IMG/VR virus record: IMGVR_UViG_3300037560_000207
Span: 117,361-181,360 of that record
DNA: 64,000 nt
Source: a virus
Direction: 5' to 3' (one strand)
Shown here: positions 1 through 9,236 of the stretch, piece after piece
Layout of the letters: every line of letters starts with the position of its first letter
Position numbering within the stretch: the stretch's first letter is position 1
Translations under genes and position numbers: made by a program
Notes under the pieces: generated by a model
What the model was told of the DNA's origin: nothing
Databases searched by the model: none
What the model saw: the letters and a program-made list of their open reading frames with translations, nothing else

Positions 1-1
1 T

Positions 2-64
2 TGGTCTATGGAAAAAGCATTAATTACTTCGGTCAAACAATATAAAAAAGGAGAATTATTATGA
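2..64 (+). CDS. 3' end of HNH homing endonuclease (partial, paralog of 13589 and 27138)
   Basis: Frame from base 2 reads WSMEKALITSVKQYKKGELL*, matching the C-terminus GWSIEKALTTPIKKCKKELL* of 13589..14230. The TGA overlaps the RNR ATG. Confidence 0.75.
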   Translation, partial: WSMEKALITSVKQYKKGELL

Positions 65-2988
65 CAATGCCTTTATACGAACCAACCAGTTTTGCTTTAC
101 AAATATTCAAAGATAGATATGCAATTCATCAGGAAGAATCATTTGCACAAGCATGTGAACGAGTTTCTAGGGTAATTGCTGATGCCGAAACAGGTACTAA
201 AAGAGATGAATATTTTCAACGATTTTTGGATATTTTAGTAACCAATCGATTTTCTCCAGGTGGTAGAATTTGGCGTGGAGCAGGTCGTCCACGAGGACAA
301 TTACTTAATTGTTTTTGTATTCCAGCAGAGGATAGTAGAGAAGGGTGGGGAGATGTACTTAGATCAGTTACTATTATATCCGGTACTGGAGGTGGGGTCG
401 GAATCAATTTTTCTAAAATCCGTCCAAGAGGTACTTCTATCCGTGGTACGGGAGGTGAGGCTACCGGCGCGGTTAGTCTTATGCGAGCAGTCAACGCTGT
501 CTGTAATGAATTACGTGAAGGTGGTGGAAGGCGATCAGCTTTGATGTTCTGTTTAAAATATGATCATCCAGATTTAATAGAATTCTTGGAAGCCAAATTG
601 GATGATAAAGAACTTAATAACGCTAATATCTCTGTCCTTATTGATAATGATTTCTTAAAATTATTGGATGAGGATGGAGAAATTATTTTTAAATGGCAAG
701 GAGAAAAACGTGGAAGAATTGCAATTAAAAGGGTTTGGGATAAGATTATTCAAAATGCATGGAGAAATGGTGATCCAGGATTTTTGAACATTGGTTTAAT
801 GAATGAACAGAATACTATATCATATACAAAAGACGGCGAGATATCATCAACAAATCCGTGTTTTACAAAAGAAATGAGACTTCATACAAGTCGTGGTATA
901 TTATCTTTACAAGAATTATTTGAGTCTGGTTGTTTTAATCGAGTAGTAACTGACAATAGATGTATAAATACAATATTGGATGGGGTAAAGATTCGTAATG
1001 CAAGCTCTGTCAAATTAACAGGATATCAACAACAAATTTACAGAGTTATTACTTCTCATGGGAGTATAATAAGATGCACGAAATATCATGAGTTTATAAC
1101 TCCAAGGGGTCGTAGACCATTATTTGCACTTAATCCTGGTGATTGGATAAATACACAACAAAAAGAAGGTTGTTGGGGAAATATTGGCGATTATGATGAT
1201 GGATTAATTATTGGGTCTTTCGTCGGTGACGGTACCTTATCATATGGAACAACCGATTTACCAAGTATGTGTCTTGATTATTGGAACGAAGAAGACTTAT
1301 GTAATCATATGTTAAGATTAGTTAATAAAAAAGTAGCAATTTATGAAAATAATAATGATTGTAGGAAATATGGTCCTTTATCTATTATAAAATGCCTCAA
1401 ATATGCAAAATTACGGATTTCCTCGGCTAGATTAACGAAATATTTTGAGCAGAAATTTCAAATACATGTTGAAACCCTTAAAACCAAATTACCAGAAGCT
1501 GTCTGGAAGGGATCAAGAGATATGGTTAGAGGATATCTAGCTGGTATATTTCAGGCTGATGGTTCTGTTCAGTTAAAGGATCGTGGGACAAAGGGTTCTC
1601 TTTGTGTTCGTTTATCTCAAAGTAATGAACAATTACTCAGAGAAATTCAAATATTATTGAGCAATTTTGGGATTATGTCATCTATACACAAAAGACGAAA
1701 TGCTGATTATAGAAATTTACCAGATGGACAAGGTGGATTAAAACCATATTGGTGTAAAACTCAATATGAATTAATAATAAATAGACCAAATGCAGTTGTT
1801 TTTGAAAATTTAATAGGTTTTTCTGGTAACAAACAAAAACAATTATCTGATGCTTTGGACAAGAGGGGCAGAGAATGTCAAAAGAAGGAAAGATTTATTG
1901 TACAAATTAAATCTATTAATCAAGACGGGATAGAAAATGTCTATTGTTTGAACGAACCAGAAACTCATTCATTGATAGTCAATGGATTGGTTGTAGGAAA
2001 TTGTGGAGAAATCCCGCTTGAGGATTATGGATGTTGTTGTTTAGGTGCAATTAATTTATATACTCATGTTTCAAACGGTGAAATTGATTGGGATTTGCTC
2101 GAAGAAACGGTTTCTATAGGTGTTAGATTTTTGGATAATGTATTAGATCAAAACAATTATCCACTTCCTATTATCCAAGAAACGTCTCAAAAACACCGTC
2201 GTATTGGTTTAGGAGTCATGGGACTTCATGATATGCTACTTGAGCTTGATCTTAAATACTCCAGTAAAGAAGCTAGAGATTTTGTTAACAAGGTGATGAA
2301 TTGCATAAAGAAACAAGCTTATCATTCTAGTATAAGAATTGCGATAGAAAAAGGGTCGTTCCACGCTTTTGATGTAAATCAGCATACTAAGACTGGTTTT
2401 GTTAAAAAGTGTTTGACACGAAATCATCATCGTCTAATTAAAGAACATGGTCTTCGTAATTGTGCCATACTTTGTATCGCCCCGACTGGGACTACATCTA
2501 TTGTAGCTGGTTGTTCATCTGGTATTGAGCCATTGTTTCAACCTGTCTACGAAAGACGTTTTAATAAACATAAAGATATGCATGATGATGAAAAAAGAGA
2601 TAAAGCTACAGAAATAATAGTTCATCCATTATTAAAGAAATTTTTAGAAGATCGTCGATCTACAAAACATTTTCAGGGTGCTCATGATATCTCACCAGAA
2701 GATCATTTAGCTATGCAAGCGGTTTGTCAAAGACACATAGACAATTCTATTTCAAAGACAGTTAATTGCCCTGTTGATTATCCTGTAGAAGAATTATCTG
2801 AAATAATAAAAAAATATATCAGTGAACTCAAAGGGATTACTATTTACAGAGATACTAGTAAAGGAAAATCACCACTTGTTCCGCTTCCCTTATCAGAAGC
2901 AAAAAAGTATTTGGATCAAATGAAAGAGGAAGCTGCTGTGGATGATTGTCCAAGTGGTGTATGTGATATTTCGAAAGGTGGTAATTAA
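61..2988 (+). CDS. nrdJ: Ribonucleotide reductase, probably class II (B12-dependent), intein-containing
   Basis: Motifs SPGGRI, QLLNCF, GGGVG, GGGRRSALM, GDPG, TNP[intein]CGEIPL, CCLGAINL, RRIGLGVMG, IAPTGTTS, SSGIEP, C-terminal CPSGVC. No ATP cone and no adjacent beta subunit. Confidence 0.9.
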   Translation: MTMPLYEPTSFALQIFKDRYAIHQEESFAQACERVSRVIADAETGTKRDEYFQRFLDILVTNRFSPGGRIWRGAGRPRGQLLNCFCIPAEDSREGWGDVLRSVTIISGTGGGVGINFSKIRPRGTSIRGTGGEATGAVSLMRAVNAVCNELREGGGRRSALMFCLKYDHPDLIEFLEAKLDDKELNNANISVLIDNDFLKLLDEDGEIIFKWQGEKRGRIAIKRVWDKIIQNAWRNGDPGFLNIGLMNEQNTISYTKDGEISSTNPCFTKEMRLHTSRGILSLQELFESGCFNRVVTDNRCINTILDGVKIRNASSVKLTGYQQQIYRVITSHGSIIRCTKYHEFITPRGRRPLFALNPGDWINTQQKEGCWGNIGDYDDGLIIGSFVGDGTLSYGTTDLPSMCLDYWNEEDLCNHMLRLVNKKVAIYENNNDCRKYGPLSIIKCLKYAKLRISSARLTKYFEQKFQIHVETLKTKLPEAVWKGSRDMVRGYLAGIFQADGSVQLKDRGTKGSLCVRLSQSNEQLLREIQILLSNFGIMSSIHKRRNADYRNLPDGQGGLKPYWCKTQYELIINRPNAVVFENLIGFSGNKQKQLSDALDKRGRECQKKERFIVQIKSINQDGIENVYCLNEPETHSLIVNGLVVGNCGEIPLEDYGCCCLGAINLYTHVSNGEIDWDLLEETVSIGVRFLDNVLDQNNYPLPIIQETSQKHRRIGLGVMGLHDMLLELDLKYSSKEARDFVNKVMNCIKKQAYHSSIRIAIEKGSFHAFDVNQHTKTGFVKKCLTRNHHRLIKEHGLRNCAILCIAPTGTTSIVAGCSSGIEPLFQPVYERRFNKHKDMHDDEKRDKATEIIVHPLLKKFLEDRRSTKHFQGAHDISPEDHLAMQAVCQRHIDNSISKTVNCPVDYPVEELSEIIKKYISELKGITIYRDTSKGKSPLVPLPLSEAKKYLDQMKEEAAVDDCPSGVCDISKGGN
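859..2001 (+). mobile_element. LAGLIDADG intein (381 aa) in the RNR active-site NP/CGE motif
   Basis: Starts CFTKEM after NP and ends VVGN before CGE. Block B CTKYHEFIT; LAGLIDADG motifs GSFVGDG and AGIFQADG; block F VYCLNEPETHSLIVNG. Confidence 0.93.
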
Positions 2989-4181
2989 TGGCAAAAGAAA
3001 AATCGCAATTAGATGAGCAAATGCAAGAAGTCATTAGAATGATTAGAGTACATAATCGAAACGGAGGCACCGGCGTACTTAGGGAAGAAGTGGCAGAAGG
3101 ATTAGATGTAACTGTCTGGAAGGCAAGAAAACTTATTACTCAAGCTGAAACTATTTTAGCAGGTGCGCCAAAAGTCGGAATTGATCCAAGTGACCCACTT
3201 TTCCGATCAGAAGTCGCTAGACATATAAAGCAAGCAACTACAGCGGTAAAAGTTGCGGAAAAAATGCATTCAACAGAAGAAGATGTATTTGCTGTTATTG
3301 ATGATATGGAAGAGCGCGGGTATATCATTAATCGCAGAGGTCATACTATCCAACTTGATAAAATATCTTTTAAGGAAAGTAATACGATATGTTTTCCTCA
3401 TCATTTTTATGATAAACCAATGCAATTCGGTATTGTATCCGATATGCATATGTGTAATAAACATTCACGTTTAGATGTTCTAGAAATGGCATATGATGAA
3501 TTTGCCAGACGTAAAATTAAAACAGTTTTATGTCCAGGAAATTATACTGATGGTGAATTCAAATTTAATAAACATGAACTTTTAGCTCATGGAATTGCGG
3601 ATCAAGCCTTATATTGTATTGATCATTGGCCACAAAGGAAAGGAATTGTAACATATTATATTGATGGTTGTTGTCACGAAGGCTGGTGGCAAATGAGAGA
3701 AGGAATTGAGTTTGGTCGTTACCTTATGCTTGAAGCTCAAAGTCATGGAAGAAATGATCTTCAATATCTTGGGCATTTAGAAGCAGATATTTTATTAAAA
3801 GCATCCACCGGTGATTGTACTCTTAAATTAATGCATCCTGGTGGGGGCAGCCCCTATGCAATTTCTTACCCGTCTCAGAAAATAGTAGAGAGTTTGCAAG
3901 GGGGAATGAAGCCGGCAATTTTACTTTGCGGACATCACCATAAAATGGATTATTGTTATCCTCGCAATACCCATGTATTACAATGTGCAACTACTTGCGA
4001 TCAAACTTCTTTTATGCGGAAAAATAAATTAGAAGCCCATCTCGGGTTTTTGATTTGCACTTTTCAACAAGATATCAATGGTGGAATTACACGCTTTGTT
4101 CCTGAATGGTTTCCATTTTTTGATAAAAAATATTATGAAACGCGGGATGATATTCAAGAACAAATGGTAATTAATGACTGA
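2988..4181 (+). CDS. HTH-fused calcineurin-like metallophosphoesterase
   Basis: SDMH, GNYTDG, GCCHE (in place of GNHD), MHPGGG and GHHH motifs; N-terminal HTH-like segments. Confidence 0.8.
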   Translation: MAKEKSQLDEQMQEVIRMIRVHNRNGGTGVLREEVAEGLDVTVWKARKLITQAETILAGAPKVGIDPSDPLFRSEVARHIKQATTAVKVAEKMHSTEEDVFAVIDDMEERGYIINRRGHTIQLDKISFKESNTICFPHHFYDKPMQFGIVSDMHMCNKHSRLDVLEMAYDEFARRKIKTVLCPGNYTDGEFKFNKHELLAHGIADQALYCIDHWPQRKGIVTYYIDGCCHEGWWQMREGIEFGRYLMLEAQSHGRNDLQYLGHLEADILLKASTGDCTLKLMHPGGGSPYAISYPSQKIVESLQGGMKPAILLCGHHHKMDYCYPRNTHVLQCATTCDQTSFMRKNKLEAHLGFLICTFQQDINGGITRFVPEWFPFFDKKYYETRDDIQEQMVIND

Positions 4182-4572
4182 AAGGATTAAAATGATTGGT
4201 AAATCTGTTTGTGTAGATTTGGATGGAGTATTATTATATTATAATAATTGGAAAGGAATGGACGGTCGGCTTGGTAAGCCCAGACCTGGTGCCAAACAAT
4301 TCCTAACAAAAATAAGAAAATTTGCCAGAGTTATAATTTTTACTGCTAGATTAGCAGAAGAACATCAATCTCTTGGTGATAGAACTTTTTATCGAATTAA
4401 ATCATGGTTAGAATATAATGACCTTCCCTATGATGAAATTTATATAGGTCGAGGCAAACCAATTGCTGAAGCTTTTGTGGATGATAGGGCTATATCTATT
4501 CCTAAGAATCCAGTAGAATCAGATTTTGATGAAGCTTTGATTAAAGTGAAACGATTTGTTGAAAATGTTTAG
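4174..4572 (+). CDS. HAD-superfamily phosphatase (capless, PNKP-phosphatase-like)
   Basis: VDLDGVL motif I, FTAR motif II, K, FVDDR motif IV. Confidence 0.8.
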   Translation: MTERIKMIGKSVCVDLDGVLLYYNNWKGMDGRLGKPRPGAKQFLTKIRKFARVIIFTARLAEEHQSLGDRTFYRIKSWLEYNDLPYDEIYIGRGKPIAEAFVDDRAISIPKNPVESDFDEALIKVKRFVENV

Positions 4573-4583
4573 GGGAATATAAA

Positions 4584-5039
4584 ATGTTAACTCTTATGTG
4601 CGGACTCCCTGGGTCTGGTAAATCTACTTATTTAAAAAATAGAATCTTACCTAGAGAAACAATAATTTTATGTTCCGATGACTTTCGATTAGTTCTCACC
4701 GGAAGATCATTTCATGAACCAGCGGAAGATTCTGTATGGTCACATGTAAAAATTGCAGCTAGAGTTTTATTAAAACAGAATTATCATGTAATTATTGATT
4801 GCACAAATTTAACTGTAGAAAGAAGGAAAAATTGGATAAACCTTGCTGATGAAATCGGGGTTCATACATGTTGTTTGTGGCAGAATGTTCCCATATCGAT
4901 TGCTATAGAAAGAAATAAAAATCGTTCAGAAGAAAAGGTAGTCCCTTCTGAAGCGATGAAACGAATGATAGATAATTTTGTTCCACCAATGAAAGAAGAA
5001 GGTTTCCTTTATATTAGAGAAAGAAAAATAAATGAGTAA
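4584..5039 (+). CDS. P-loop polynucleotide-kinase-like kinase (AAA_33)
   Basis: GLPGSGKST Walker A, SDDFR, VIIDCTN..ERR, ERNKNR lid motif. Confidence 0.85.
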   Translation: MLTLMCGLPGSGKSTYLKNRILPRETIILCSDDFRLVLTGRSFHEPAEDSVWSHVKIAARVLLKQNYHVIIDCTNLTVERRKNWINLADEIGVHTCCLWQNVPISIAIERNKNRSEEKVVPSEAMKRMIDNFVPPMKEEGFLYIRERKINE

Positions 5040-5985
5040 AATTATTCAATCACATGCCTGGAGTGAATCAAGGGTCAAGACTCTCCGCGAATGTATGTGG
5101 AAATATCATCTTCAATATAATGTCGCTTGGGAAGGTTGGTTAGGTAGTGCTCCTCAAGAAAAGAGGAGGGCATATATGTTGAAGAACATGACTAATCTTC
5201 CTATGTGGATAGGCAATATTGTTCATAATATAATTGAAGAAATAATTACTGTTGGTCGCAATACTGGAGAATGGGCAACTTTAGAAGAGTCTCAGCACAA
5301 TGCTATTCAAGCATTAAGAAAAGGTTGGAAACAATCTGTCGATAAAAGATGGCAGATTAGCCCTAAACAAAATATCAATCTTGCGGAACATTTTTATCAA
5401 GAAGAGATTGAACCAGATCGTTTAGCATCTTATAAACAAAAGGTTCTTAAATCACTCAAAGCATTCTATGAAATGCCTCTATTTAAGGTTTTACAGAATC
5501 TCAAAAAAGATGCATGGCTTACTCTTGAAGATTTTCAGAAGTTCCAATTAAATACAGGAGAAGAAGTTGCACTCAAAATCGACGTAGGATTTCGGTATAA
5601 TAATAAAGTTTATCTTCTGGATTGGAAAACAGGTCAAGTAAGCGATAGCGTAATCGATCAACTAATAACATATAGTATGTATGCCCTGAAACAAGGATGG
5701 ATAAAAAAGCCTGATGAAATAATCATCATACCAGTATATTTAGCGGCATATGCAGAGCTTGGGGAACAAGCAACACCACATCTTGAAGTTACAATGCACC
5801 ATATAAATCGGCAAGCTGGAATTATAAAAAATGAATATCCGTTGTTAATTCAAGCTTTTCAACACAAAGATGATCCTTCATACTTTGAACATACCGATAA
5901 CGAAAATGCTTGTAAAAGATGTTTCTTCAGAAATATGTGTAAAGGTGCAAAGACGGAAATAGAAAAAGGGGAAACACCATTTTAG
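5032..5985 (+). CDS. PD-(D/E)XK Cas4/RecB-like exonuclease
   Basis: SESRVKTLREC, GNIVH, KID..LDWKTG, QLITY, C-terminal CKRCFFRNMC (4-Cys set). Confidence 0.85.
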   Translation: MSKIIQSHAWSESRVKTLRECMWKYHLQYNVAWEGWLGSAPQEKRRAYMLKNMTNLPMWIGNIVHNIIEEIITVGRNTGEWATLEESQHNAIQALRKGWKQSVDKRWQISPKQNINLAEHFYQEEIEPDRLASYKQKVLKSLKAFYEMPLFKVLQNLKKDAWLTLEDFQKFQLNTGEEVALKIDVGFRYNNKVYLLDWKTGQVSDSVIDQLITYSMYALKQGWIKKPDEIIIIPVYLAAYAELGEQATPHLEVTMHHINRQAGIIKNEYPLLIQAFQHKDDPSYFEHTDNENACKRCFFRNMCKGAKTEIEKGETPF

Positions 5986-6416
5986 AAGCAACTTTGTATT
6001 TCGATGGAGGAATACGTAAAGGCTTAATGGCTTATGGTTGGTTATTGGTAGATTTAGAAGATGAAACAGAAGTAATTGCATCTGGCAATAGAACTTGTGG
6101 AACAGGAACTTCTAATATAGCAGAATATAGAGCCCTTATTGCTGGACTCAGAGGAAGTATAAAAGCTGGAATTGATATCATTCATATTATTGGAGATAGT
6201 CAATTGATTATCAAACAAGTAACCAGAGTATTTAAGGTAAAAAAACCAGAACTCAAAAAGCATCGAGATCGTGTACTTGAATTACTACAGCAATTTGAAA
6301 TTTTTTCAATCAAATGGGTTCCAAGGCGAGAAAATAAACGAGCCGATGCTCTTGTTAATGAAGTATTTGAAAGGAAGAATAAAAAATGTTCCGAGCAGCA
6401 AAAGCAGCAATCGTAA
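5979..6416 (+). CDS. rnhA: Ribonuclease HI-like protein (start ATT 5979 or TTG 5994)
   Basis: LYFDGG, TSNIAEYRALIAGL, IIGDSQLIIKQ, WVPRRENKRADAL. Confidence 0.9.
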   Translation: MLEATLYFDGGIRKGLMAYGWLLVDLEDETEVIASGNRTCGTGTSNIAEYRALIAGLRGSIKAGIDIIHIIGDSQLIIKQVTRVFKVKKPELKKHRDRVLELLQQFEIFSIKWVPRRENKRADALVNEVFERKNKKCSEQQKQQS

Positions 6417-6928
6417 CCATATTCTTTTGTGTCGTGCTACAAGGTTGTGTAGCACCTGGAGCAATTAAAGCTGAGATTCAAGGCGTTCGCAATGATATGG
6501 GTCAACTTGAAAAAATAGTGGATCAAAAAGCTGATAATTCCGTAGTTGCTGAAAAGATAGATGAAGTTAATAATAATATCGAACAGGTTGCCCAGATTGC
6601 CGAAGAATTATCTCTCTGGCGTACAAACGTGAAAGCGAAAACAATTAATTACGGGGGTGGAGGATGGATTGTACTTGGCACTGGTATTATAGTTTTAATT
6701 TTTGTGGGAGCTGGTTTTTTGTTCATTAGAGCGTTTATTAAACGTGGTAATTCTCTAAGTCTTTTAACTTGTGCCATTCAAAAAGTTGGAAAATATTCAC
6801 CAGCATCCGTAACTAATATAAAAGCACAATTAAAGAAAGAAATACAAGAGGGACAATTTAAAGAAAAAGACAGGCAAAATTTGGGAAAATTTGCTAAAAA
6901 AATTGGAACTTTTACGGAACAAAAATAA
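6386..6928 (+). CDS. Predicted membrane lipoprotein with coiled coil and a second TM helix
   Basis: Hydrophobic N-terminus ending LQGC (lipobox-like), coiled-coil segment, TM WIVLGTGIIVLIFVGAGFLFI. Confidence 0.6.
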   Translation: MFRAAKAAIVTIFFCVVLQGCVAPGAIKAEIQGVRNDMGQLEKIVDQKADNSVVAEKIDEVNNNIEQVAQIAEELSLWRTNVKAKTINYGGGGWIVLGTGIIVLIFVGAGFLFIRAFIKRGNSLSLLTCAIQKVGKYSPASVTNIKAQLKKEIQEGQFKEKDRQNLGKFAKKIGTFTEQK

Positions 6929-6933
6929 GCTTT

Positions 6934-6947
6934 GAAGGTATAATAGG
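6934..6947 (+). promoter_or_regulatory. Putative promoter -10 (GAAGGTATAATAGG)
   Basis: TATAAT in an intergenic gap; nearly identical to 24528-24541. Confidence 0.6.
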
Positions 6948-6961
6948 TAGGAGATACAGTT

Positions 6962-7006
6962 ATGTTTGAAAAACTATTGTGTATCTATCTAGAAAGAGAC
7001 AAATAG
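6962..7006 (+). CDS. Micro-ORF MFEKLLCIYLERDK
   Basis: AGGAGA Shine-Dalgarno upstream of the ATG, directly after the promoter motif. Confidence 0.35.
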   Translation: MFEKLLCIYLERDK

Positions 7007-7023
7007 CTTTCAAGGAGATTTAA

Positions 7024-7329
7024 ATGCCCCATTATGATTACCTGTGCAAAGCTTGTGGTTACGAATTCGAAGCATTCCATGCAATGTCAGCGGAATCATT
7101 TATAGATTGTCCAAAATGCCATGAACCAAAACTTATTAAGTTAATTGGCATGGGATTAACACCTATTATTCGTAATACCAAAACTCCGTGTCATGGGGGT
7201 AGACAACTTGGAGATCGGTTAGGTAGGGGTAAAAATAAAAGTGAAAAACCATTTTGGAGAAATGGTTTAATTGATAAAAAAATACTGAAAAATCCAGATA
7301 AATATATCAAAAAAGGAAGGGTAGATTGA
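7024..7329 (+). CDS. FmdB-family zinc-ribbon protein
   Basis: MPHYDYLCKACGYEFE...CPKC; AAGGAG RBS. Confidence 0.85.
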   Translation: MPHYDYLCKACGYEFEAFHAMSAESFIDCPKCHEPKLIKLIGMGLTPIIRNTKTPCHGGRQLGDRLGRGKNKSEKPFWRNGLIDKKILKNPDKYIKKGRVD

Positions 7330-7667
7330 TGGATAAAACAGAATTACGAGTGAATCGAATAGACAGCGATGACAAATCGCTCAAAGGTTTACAAAACAAT
7401 GGTCTTGTGAATTTTGAGTGTGCTGATTGTGGTAAACTTTTATTAGTATTACAATTAGTAGCTACGGTCGTAAAAGAATTTAACAAATCTGAAGTTCTAA
7501 CACGAGTAGCGGTCAAATGTGGTTTATGCGGGGGTCGCTCCTACGTACAACAAATCCCAGGACAATTTTTTCCAGGGGCACCTAATGATCAAATGGTATT
7601 TGATATTTCAGATGATGATATTAATACTCCAGAAGTCGATGTTCTATTCAAGGCGTGGAGCAAATGA
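7329..7667 (+). CDS. Hypothetical Zn-ribbon protein
   Basis: CADC and CGLC pairs; ATG overlaps the upstream TGA. Confidence 0.7.
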   Translation: MDKTELRVNRIDSDDKSLKGLQNNGLVNFECADCGKLLLVLQLVATVVKEFNKSEVLTRVAVKCGLCGGRSYVQQIPGQFFPGAPNDQMVFDISDDDINTPEVDVLFKAWSK

Positions 7668-7975
7668 AAATAATTGTTGTTGATATAAATGGAACACCCC
7701 ATGAAATATCCGAGGGAAAAAAATCGAGCTTTGATATTTTAGCAAAATGGTCTGGTAATAGATATCTTGTTCTTACCTCCAATGATGGTGATTTATTTAA
7801 TCCTTTGGTCATGAATGGTGGTATACGTAAACGAGATAGGGAACGTGGTGGAATGTTTTGGAAATTAAGAACATGTAGTCAAGAGTGTTATCAACAATAT
7901 ACCATTTTTCTGCGAAGCAGACATCAAACACCATATCTCTTGGCGCAAAGGAGATTTCGAAATGACTTTCGATAA
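7664..7975 (+). CDS. Hypothetical protein
   Basis: ATGA-coupled ORF in the operon with GGAG RBS. Confidence 0.7.
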   Translation: MKIIVVDINGTPHEISEGKKSSFDILAKWSGNRYLVLTSNDGDLFNPLVMNGGIRKRDRERGGMFWKLRTCSQECYQQYTIFLRSRHQTPYLLAQRRFRNDFR

Positions 7976-8339
7976 ATTCAAAAAAGATTTTATTACTTTT
8001 TTAGAAAACTCAACCGTTAATTTGGGACGCAAGACAGCAAAAACACGGAATGAGTTTATTAAAACTGCAATAGCGAAGTTTGATGCTTTTGCATCTAGTC
8101 GTATTAAACCGAGAGAGGTTTTTGTGGTTGATGAAAAGAAAAAAGAAGAAAAGGTAAGTAACCCAATGGATGATCGTGTTGTTCGTATTAAACCGAAGGA
8201 TCGTAATAAAGCATTGGATGTCGGCAAAGGTGTTCATGCTATGAGTGGTAGCGAATCAATGCGAGCAGATGAACAATTAGATCGTAGTCCTTTTGGGGCT
8301 AAAACGGCAAAGAAAGTAGGGGAGCAAAAAGATGAGTGA
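7962..8339 (+). CDS. Hypothetical protein
   Basis: AAGGAG RBS; packed in the operon. Confidence 0.7.
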   Translation: MTFDKFKKDFITFLENSTVNLGRKTAKTRNEFIKTAIAKFDAFASSRIKPREVFVVDEKKKEEKVSNPMDDRVVRIKPKDRNKALDVGKGVHAMSGSESMRADEQLDRSPFGAKTAKKVGEQKDE

Positions 8340-8757
8340 AACTGTGAATGATTTAACTTTAGCATTTAATGTTACAGATAAGACACCACCAGTACGGTTT
8401 TTGGCAGCATTATCCGATGGTAGAACCGTTATTCACGATATTCAATCTGGCAAAAGACATACTTGGGCTCGATTGGCCGAATGGTTAAAGAGTAATCCTG
8501 ATGTTTCAATTACTGGTCTACGGCTTCAAGGACCAAAGGGCATTGATATTAAAACGCCTGCGAATCAAAAGGGGTATTTTTTCGGTCAAAAGCAACATGC
8601 CATTTGGGGTGGTCCACAACATAATTATATTGGAATCGGATATTATGATGGACAAAAAATTAATGTGATTTGGCATAAGCAACCGCTATTTGATCATTCA
8701 TTCACCGAAGAAAGAACAGTAGCGAACGCAGGTTTCTTTTTGATTCAAAATACTTAA
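8332..8757 (+). CDS. Hypothetical protein
   Basis: GGGGAG RBS; packed ORF. Confidence 0.7.
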   Translation: MSETVNDLTLAFNVTDKTPPVRFLAALSDGRTVIHDIQSGKRHTWARLAEWLKSNPDVSITGLRLQGPKGIDIKTPANQKGYFFGQKQHAIWGGPQHNYIGIGYYDGQKINVIWHKQPLFDHSFTEERTVANAGFFLIQNT

Positions 8758-9236
8758 TGGCAAAACATCAATTACAAAGTGAAACATATCCATATGCATC
8801 TCCAACTACTCCGGGGCTATATGTTACATTTCGTGCTTATATTATAGAACTCATTTGCTTGAATATAAACCCAAAGCTTGGTCCTCGTTTTTGGGCAGAC
8901 CCGAAGAAATGGGGACCAAAATTTCGGCAAGAAGTGAAAGGTGTATATAACGTAGCACAACAACTGGACATAACCGATACTTTAATACAAACAGCTTTAG
9001 TCCAAATTATTAAAAATCATAATATCAAATCACTAACCTATAAAACTGTTGCACAAAGAGTAGTTAGAAGTGTTAAAAAAAGAAAAGCTGATTTAGAAGA
9101 ACAGCGAATTAGATTCGGTAGAAAACAACTTCCACAAGCAATCGATGTGAAGAAAAATTCCACTTTTGTTGATGCAGAAGAGAAAAGCGCATTGGGAAAA
9201 ATAAGGGAAGTAGAAAATGGCCAAAAGAAAGTCTAA
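8757..9236 (+). CDS. Hypothetical protein
   Basis: TAATG-coupled ORF upstream of recA. Confidence 0.7.
   Translation: MAKHQLQSETYPYASPTTPGLYVTFRAYIIELICLNINPKLGPRFWADPKKWGPKFRQEVKGVYNVAQQLDITDTLIQTALVQIIKNHNIKSLTYKTVAQRVVRSVKKRKADLEEQRIRFGRKQLPQAIDVKKNSTFVDAEEKSALGKIREVENGQKKV

Noticed and set aside
216-544. Alternative-frame ORFs inside nrdJ (216..494 -, 260..544 +)
   Set aside because: They lie wholly within a conserved gene, with no RBS or recognisable motifs; shadow ORFs.
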